From Gammaproteobacteria bacterium (GTDB taxonomy: Bacteria; Pseudomonadota; Gammaproteobacteria; Tethybacterales; Persebacteraceae): a stretch of DNA of 64,000 nucleotides. This document shows, piece after piece, positions 59,167 to 64,000 of the stretch (its first letter is position 1; each line of letters starts with the position of its first letter). Location of the stretch: positions 417,772 to 481,771 of the forward strand of contig OZ244916.1 in assembly GCA_965221835.1 (NCBI GenBank), given 5' to 3'. Under the pieces are notes generated by a model. That model saw only the letters and a list, made by a program, of their open reading frames with translations. It did no database searches and was not told the origin of the DNA. Both the position numbers and the translations under genes were made by a program.

Positions 59167-60095
59167 TGACAGAAGAAACGCGCGAGCAAAAACTTGTCGC
59201 CCGTCTGGCAGAAAGCGCGTTTCGCGAACAACGCGCGCGGCGGCGATGGGGCGTGTTTTTTCGCATTCTGTTTTTCGGTTATGTGTTTGCATTGACGGCG
59301 GCGTTTTTTACCGCACCGCCCGCCGGCTGGGACGATTTCGCGACAGATACATCGCATGCGGCGGTGATAGACATTTCCGGCGTTATTCAATCGGGCGGCG
59401 TAACCGATTCGCTGGAAATTAATGAGGCATTGCGAGACGCGTTTAATAACGATTCTGCGAAAGGCATTATTTTGCGAATCAACAGCCCCGGCGGGTCGCC
59501 GGTAGAATCGAATCGGATTTATCGCGAAGTGCGGCGATTGCGCAAACTTCATCCGGACAAAAAAGTGTATGCTGTGGCGGGCGACATTTGCGCGTCCGGC
59601 GGCTATTATATCGCCGCCGCTACGGACGAAATTTATGTGGACGAAAATACGCTGATAGGTTCCATCGGCGTCATTCTCGCAGGATTCGGTTTTACCGAAG
59701 CGATGGAAAAAATCGGCGTTGAACGCCGCGTGCATACTGCAGGACAAAACAAAAATATGCTGGATCCGTTCTCGCCCGCAGACGCCGCCGATTCCGAACG
59801 CATTGAAACCATTTTAGATTCGGTATACGAAATATTTGCCGCCGCCGTTCGCGAAGGGCGCGGCGGACGAATTTCAGAAAATCCCGAAGTTTTTTCGGGC
59901 GAAGTTTTTTCCGGTACGCGGAGTATCGCGCTGGGAATGGCGGACGGAATCGGCGATACCGGCTATGTCGCGCGCGAAATAATCGGCGTGGAAGAAATTG
60001 TTTTTTACAATGCGACAAATGTTTTCGATTCTTTTATTGAGCGATTCGGCGCGCGATTTTTCGCCGCGATGTATCGCGCACCGGTGTTGCAATGA
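59166..60095 (+). CDS. sppA: S49 family peptidase (SppA-like)
   Basis: N-terminal TM, LRINSPGGSP, CASGGYYIA, IGSIGV. Confidence 0.9.
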   Translation: MTEETREQKLVARLAESAFREQRARRRWGVFFRILFFGYVFALTAAFFTAPPAGWDDFATDTSHAAVIDISGVIQSGGVTDSLEINEALRDAFNNDSAKGIILRINSPGGSPVESNRIYREVRRLRKLHPDKKVYAVAGDICASGGYYIAAATDEIYVDENTLIGSIGVILAGFGFTEAMEKIGVERRVHTAGQNKNMLDPFSPADAADSERIETILDSVYEIFAAAVREGRGGRISENPEVFSGEVFSGTRSIALGMADGIGDTGYVAREIIGVEEIVFYNATNVFDSFIERFGARFFAAMYRAPVLQ

Positions 60096-60101
60096 TGCGC
60101 C

Positions 60102-60917
60102 GTGCGACAGGCGGCGGGTTTTATGGACGGGATTGAAGATTATCTGCATTTCGCCGGACGACTCGCCGACACCGCGCGCGAAACGGTATTGCCATATTTT
60201 CGCTGCGGTGCGGCGGTGCAAAACAAAAATGACGACTCGCCGGTGACCGTCGCCGACCGCGAATGCGAAGAAAAAATGCGCGCGCTTATCGCAAAAACCT
60301 ATCCGCAACATTCCGTATACGGCGAAGAATTCGGCGGCGATTTTGGCGGCGAATTTGTCTGGGTGCTGGATCCGATTGACGGTACGCGCAGTTTTATAAG
60401 CGGTTCGCCGCAGTTTTGTACGCTGATTGCGTTGTTGCAAAATGGTGCGCCGATACTCGGCATAGTTGAAATGCCCGCGCTCAACGAACGCTGGACGGGA
60501 TGCGATTTGCCGGATTTGCGATGTGCGCGTTTTAACGATTCGCCGTGTGCGGTTTCCGAAAATGTGCCGTTGTCTTCGGCGGTGATGGCGACGACGACTT
60601 TGGGAATCGCCGACGACGGGCGCGATGTTGCGTTGCGGCGGTTGTGCCGCCGGGCGGGGCATGTCCGGTTGGGCGGCGACGGTTCGGCGTTCGGTGCATT
60701 GGCGTCCGGTTTTGTGGATATTGCGGCGGATTACGAAATGGCGTGTTACGATTATCTGCCGCTGATTCCGATTGTCCGTGCGGCGGGCGGCACAATTACC
60801 GATTGGGACGGAAATGCGCCGAAGTTTTGTGCGGGGACGACCGGCATTGTGGCGGCGGCGGGCGGCGAATTGCATTCGGCGGCGTTGGCGGCGTTGTCGG
60901 CGTTGTCCGGCAAATGA
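60102..60917 (+). CDS. hisN: Inositol monophosphatase family protein (histidinol-phosphatase HisN-like)
   Basis: SPVTVADR, GEEFG, WVLDPIDGTRSF, GGD, GGTITDWDG; start may be ATG 60123. Confidence 0.8.
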   Translation: MRQAAGFMDGIEDYLHFAGRLADTARETVLPYFRCGAAVQNKNDDSPVTVADRECEEKMRALIAKTYPQHSVYGEEFGGDFGGEFVWVLDPIDGTRSFISGSPQFCTLIALLQNGAPILGIVEMPALNERWTGCDLPDLRCARFNDSPCAVSENVPLSSAVMATTTLGIADDGRDVALRRLCRRAGHVRLGGDGSAFGALASGFVDIAADYEMACYDYLPLIPIVRAAGGTITDWDGNAPKFCAGTTGIVAAAGGELHSAALAALSALSGK

Positions 60918-60997
60918 ATCGTCGCAAAATGGCGTGTGCGGCGGCGCTGATATTATTGGCGTTATTTTTCTTTTCGGCGCCGTTTTGGACGCGTTAA
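60914..60997 (+). CDS. Possible 27-aa membrane peptide or signal-peptide remnant
   Basis: ATGA overlap with hisN stop; MNRRKMACAAALILLALFFFSAPFWTR. Confidence 0.35.
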   Translation: MNRRKMACAAALILLALFFFSAPFWTR

Positions 60998-61046
60998 TTT
61001 TATTAAAATAGAATTAATTGGTAGTTTTTGCGTATAATCGGAAGTT

Positions 61047-61787
61047 ATGAATAAAAATAATTTAATTAAAATCGGTGTGGTGGCGGTGCTGGCTGCGGTC
61101 GGCGGCGTTTTATATTGGCAATTCGGCGAATACGCTTCGCTGGAATATATCCAAAAACAGCAGGCGGCGTTTCAAGATTATTACGCCGCAAATCGCGCGC
61201 TTGTTTTGATTTCATTTTTTATCGGTTATGTCGCAGTGACGGCGTTGTCGTTGCCGGGGGCGGCGATTATGACTTTGCTGGCGGGGGCGTTGTTCGGGAT
61301 TTTTGTCGGCGTGTTGCTGGTTTCGTTCGCGAGTAGCATCGGTGCGACTCTCGCGTTTTTGGTCGCGCGTTTTGTGTTGGGCGAATCGTTGCAGAAAAAA
61401 TACGGCGACAAACTCGCGAAAATTAACGAAGGCGTAGAACGCGAAGGCAAGTTTTATCTTTTTACGATGCGATTAATTCCCGCGTTTCCGTTTTTTCTCA
61501 TCAATATTTTAATGGGACTTACGACATTGTCCGCGATTTCGTTTTATTGGGTGAGTCAGTTGGGAATGTTGGCGGGCACCGCCGTTTTTGTTTTCGCGGG
61601 AACGCAACTCGCCGAAATCAAATCGCTCGGCGATATTTTATCGCCCGGTTTGATTGCGGCGTTTGTCGCGCTCGGCATTTTTCCGTTGGCGGCGAAAAAA
61701 ATGATAGCGTTTTTGCATCGCCGGGTTCACAAAGACGCCGCGCATAACGAAGATCCGTTAAAACCCGGAAAACCCGGGAATGTCTGA
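61047..61787 (+). CDS. TVP38/TMEM64 (DedA/VTT) family membrane protein
   Basis: ALSLPGAAIMTLLAGALFG, SSIGATLAFL, RLIPAFPFFLIN, SQLGMLAGT. Confidence 0.92.
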   Translation: MNKNNLIKIGVVAVLAAVGGVLYWQFGEYASLEYIQKQQAAFQDYYAANRALVLISFFIGYVAVTALSLPGAAIMTLLAGALFGIFVGVLLVSFASSIGATLAFLVARFVLGESLQKKYGDKLAKINEGVEREGKFYLFTMRLIPAFPFFLINILMGLTTLSAISFYWVSQLGMLAGTAVFVFAGTQLAEIKSLGDILSPGLIAAFVALGIFPLAAKKMIAFLHRRVHKDAAHNEDPLKPGKPGNV

Positions 61788-61819
61788 TTTTTTTATAAAA
61801 CACCGAAAGGAAATTTACC

Positions 61820-63286
61820 ATGGCAAAATATGATTACAATGTCGTCGTTATCGGCGCCGGTTCCGCCGGGCTGGTAACTTCTTATATCGTCGCCGCCGCC
61901 AAGGGAAAAGTGGCGTTGGTAGAACGCCACAAAATGGGCGGCGATTGTCTCAACACCGGCTGCGTGCCGTCCAAGGCGATTATTCGTTCTTCAACTTTTA
62001 TGCGCGACATTAAACGCGCCGAAAAACTCGGTTTTAAACCGCGCACGGTCAATTGGGAAAATCGCGAAGAATATTTTAGTTTTGCCGATGTGATGGCGCG
62101 CGTGCATCGCATTATCAAAACCATAGAACCGCACGATTCGGTGGAACGATTTTCCGCTCTCGGCGTGGAATGCGTTTCCGGCGAAGCGTCTATTAAATCG
62201 CCGCACGAAGTGGAAGTGGACGGAAAAATTTATAACACGCGTTCCATTGTCGTCGCCGCCGGCGCGCGCCCGTTCGTGCCGCCGATTAAGGGGCTGGAAA
62301 AAGTGGAATATCGTACTTCCGATACAATCTGGGAAATCCGCGAACAGCCACGCCGTTTAATGGTGGTGGGCGGCGGTCCGATCGGTTCCGAACTCGCGCA
62401 AACTTTCGCCTATCTCGGTTCCGAAGTGACGCAAATAGAAGGCGGTCCGCGCATTATGGCGCGCGAAGACGAAGACGCTTCCGCGATTGTGATGGAACAT
62501 TTTCGCGAGGCGGGAGTCAATATGCGATGCAATTCGCAGGCGCAAGAAATCGTGGTTGAAAACGGCGAAAAAATGATGGTCGTCGCCGATCGCAACACCG
62601 GCGAAACGACAAAAATTCCTTTTGATTTGCTCCTTCTTGCGGTCGGACGAAAACCGAACGGCGACGCCGTTCCCGGTCTCGCCGAAGTCGGCGTAAAAAT
62701 TAACGAACGCGGTGCGGTGCAAGTCAACGAAAAATTGCAAACCGCCGTCCCCAACATTTTTTCGTGCGGCGACATTATCGGTTCCTATCAATTCACGCAC
62801 ACGGCGGGGCATGCCGCTTATTATGCGGCAATGAATTCGCTTTTCTTTCCGATGCTGAAAGTGGATTGGTCGGTGGTGCCGTGGTGTACTTTTACGCATC
62901 CCGAAGTGGCGCGAGTCGGCTTAAACGAACAAGAGGCGAAACAGCAAAATTTGGAATACGAAATTACCAAATACGGCATTGACGATTTGGATCGCGCCAT
63001 CGCGGACGAAGAAGCGGAAGGTTTTGTTAAATTATTAACCGCGCCGGGAAGCGGGCGATTGTTGGGCGCGACCATTGTCGGCGATCATGCGGGCGATTTG
63101 CTGCACGAATATGTTCTGGCAATGCGCAAAAAAATGAAAGTGAAAGATATTTTGGGAACGATTCACATTTATCCGACTCTCGCCGAAGCAAACAAATTCG
63201 CCGCCGGTGAATGGCAAAAAGCGCATGTGCCGCCCGCCGCCATTTCACTCGGCGAAAAATTCGGACGTTTTTTGCGCGGTGCGTAA
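61820..63286 (+). CDS. FAD-dependent pyridine nucleotide-disulphide oxidoreductase (LpdA/MerA-like)
   Basis: GAGSAG, GGDCLNTGCVPSK, GGGPIG-x-E, FTH-x-A, HIYPTLAE. Confidence 0.9.
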   Translation: MAKYDYNVVVIGAGSAGLVTSYIVAAAKGKVALVERHKMGGDCLNTGCVPSKAIIRSSTFMRDIKRAEKLGFKPRTVNWENREEYFSFADVMARVHRIIKTIEPHDSVERFSALGVECVSGEASIKSPHEVEVDGKIYNTRSIVVAAGARPFVPPIKGLEKVEYRTSDTIWEIREQPRRLMVVGGGPIGSELAQTFAYLGSEVTQIEGGPRIMAREDEDASAIVMEHFREAGVNMRCNSQAQEIVVENGEKMMVVADRNTGETTKIPFDLLLLAVGRKPNGDAVPGLAEVGVKINERGAVQVNEKLQTAVPNIFSCGDIIGSYQFTHTAGHAAYYAAMNSLFFPMLKVDWSVVPWCTFTHPEVARVGLNEQEAKQQNLEYEITKYGIDDLDRAIADEEAEGFVKLLTAPGSGRLLGATIVGDHAGDLLHEYVLAMRKKMKVKDILGTIHIYPTLAEANKFAAGEWQKAHVPPAAISLGEKFGRFLRGA

Positions 63287-63313
63287 TACGATATAAAATC
63301 CGCCCGCTTTTTA

Positions 63314-63333
63314 ATTCCGATAAAAATCGGAAT
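63314..63333. repeat. 20-bp palindrome ATTCCGAT-AAAA-ATCGGAAT (probable terminator/REP-like)
   Basis: Perfect 8-bp stem between convergent genes, followed by T-rich sequence. Confidence 0.6.
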
Positions 63334-63511
63334 TTTCTTTCGTCTGCAAATCAACGAAATATCGTAACTCGCATTTTGCCGGAGAATAAAATGACGGCGG
63401 CGGGAAACATTTCCGCAAGCGAAAAATGATGAAAAAATCTTTCGCAAAAACGGAAATTTCTCCATATTCGCCTCCGACATTTATCGGGGCATAAAAAATA
63501 TCGCGTTGCGA

Positions 63512-64000
63512 TTATCGCTGCGTTGCCGGTTTGCGTTCTATCATTTCTATGCAATCCGCGGGGCAGGGCGGCAGGCACAATTCGCAACCGACACAATGTT
63601 CGGTTAATATTGCGTGATTTTTTTGGGGTGCGCCGATAATTGCATCCGTGGGACATGCAGGCAGGCACAGCGCGCAGCCGACACAATCTTCGGCGCGAAT
63701 GATTGCAACTTTTTGCGGCGTTGTCGCGGGCATTTTGGGCGAATCCGCATTGACGATATGCGCCAAACTATCGGCGGTTTCTTGTCCGCCGGGGGTGCAT
63801 AAACTAATTGCCGCTTCGTTTTTGGCGACCGCTTCGGCGTAGGGGCGGCAGCCGGGATAACCGCATTCGCCGCATTGCAATTGCGGCAACGCGGAATCAA
63901 TTAATGCGGCGAGGGGCGAGTTTGCTGCGTCCGCTTTTTGGGCGCGGCGAGTCAACAATCCGAGCAATCCGCCCGCCGCAAAAGCGATGACGCCGAAAGC
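63512..64000 (-). CDS. rnfB: RnfB/RsxB-like electron transport Fe-S protein, 5' end outside window
   Basis: LPQLQCGECGYPGCRPYA, CTPGG, two CxxCxxCxxxCP motifs; frame open to the window end. Confidence 0.9.
   Translation of the reverse strand, partial: AFGVIAFAAGGLLGLLTRRAQKADAANSPLAALIDSALPQLQCGECGYPGCRPYAEAVAKNEAAISLCTPGGQETADSLAHIVNADSPKMPATTPQKVAIIRAEDCVGCALCLPACPTDAIIGAPQKNHAILTEHCVGCELCLPPCPADCIEMIERKPATQR

Noticed and set aside
61820-63286. Mercuric reductase merA / mercury resistance
   Set aside because: No NmerA domain, no C-terminal Cys pair and no merR/T/P nearby.

Overview
64 kb of chromosomal DNA from a proteobacterium with betaproteobacterial-type gene order (dapA-bamC-MBL, yggS-proC/pilT, amgK-murU/lptD, rpmH-rnpA-yidC-mnmE, nusA-infB-rbfA-truB). 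Fragmented operons and repeat-filled intergenic spacers suggest a host-associated lineage, but this is inference. Most of the window is housekeeping and metabolism (liv-type ABC transporter, uvrB, alkA, leuDB-asd, lolDE, gabD, acnA, mmsB, def/fmt, dprA, dacB, nadB, cysS, ald), plus tRNA-fMet and tRNA-Arg(CCT). The notable signals are: (1) a 586-aa secreted protein with 28 Cys in EGF-like repeats, an AT-rich N-terminal module and a short C-terminal beta-barrel-like domain, bracketed on both sides by arrays of dRS3/CGTC-type 20-bp palindromes in partly inverted arrangement, a candidate repeat-mediated surface-protein cassette system; (2) covarying variants of that palindrome dispersed across the window; (3) six genes whose ATG lies exactly 6 nt after a TATAAT/TACAAT box with no Shine-Dalgarno (candidate leaderless mRNAs), alongside a non-canonical initiator tRNA; (4) candidate defence genes: a HEPN protein coupled to livM, a DNA methyltransferase-HNH fusion, and a tandem pair of HhH glycosylase-like orphans; (5) a NadB-YHS fusion. 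No CRISPR array, transposase or integrase was seen. All calls come from motif recognition by eye; no searches were run.
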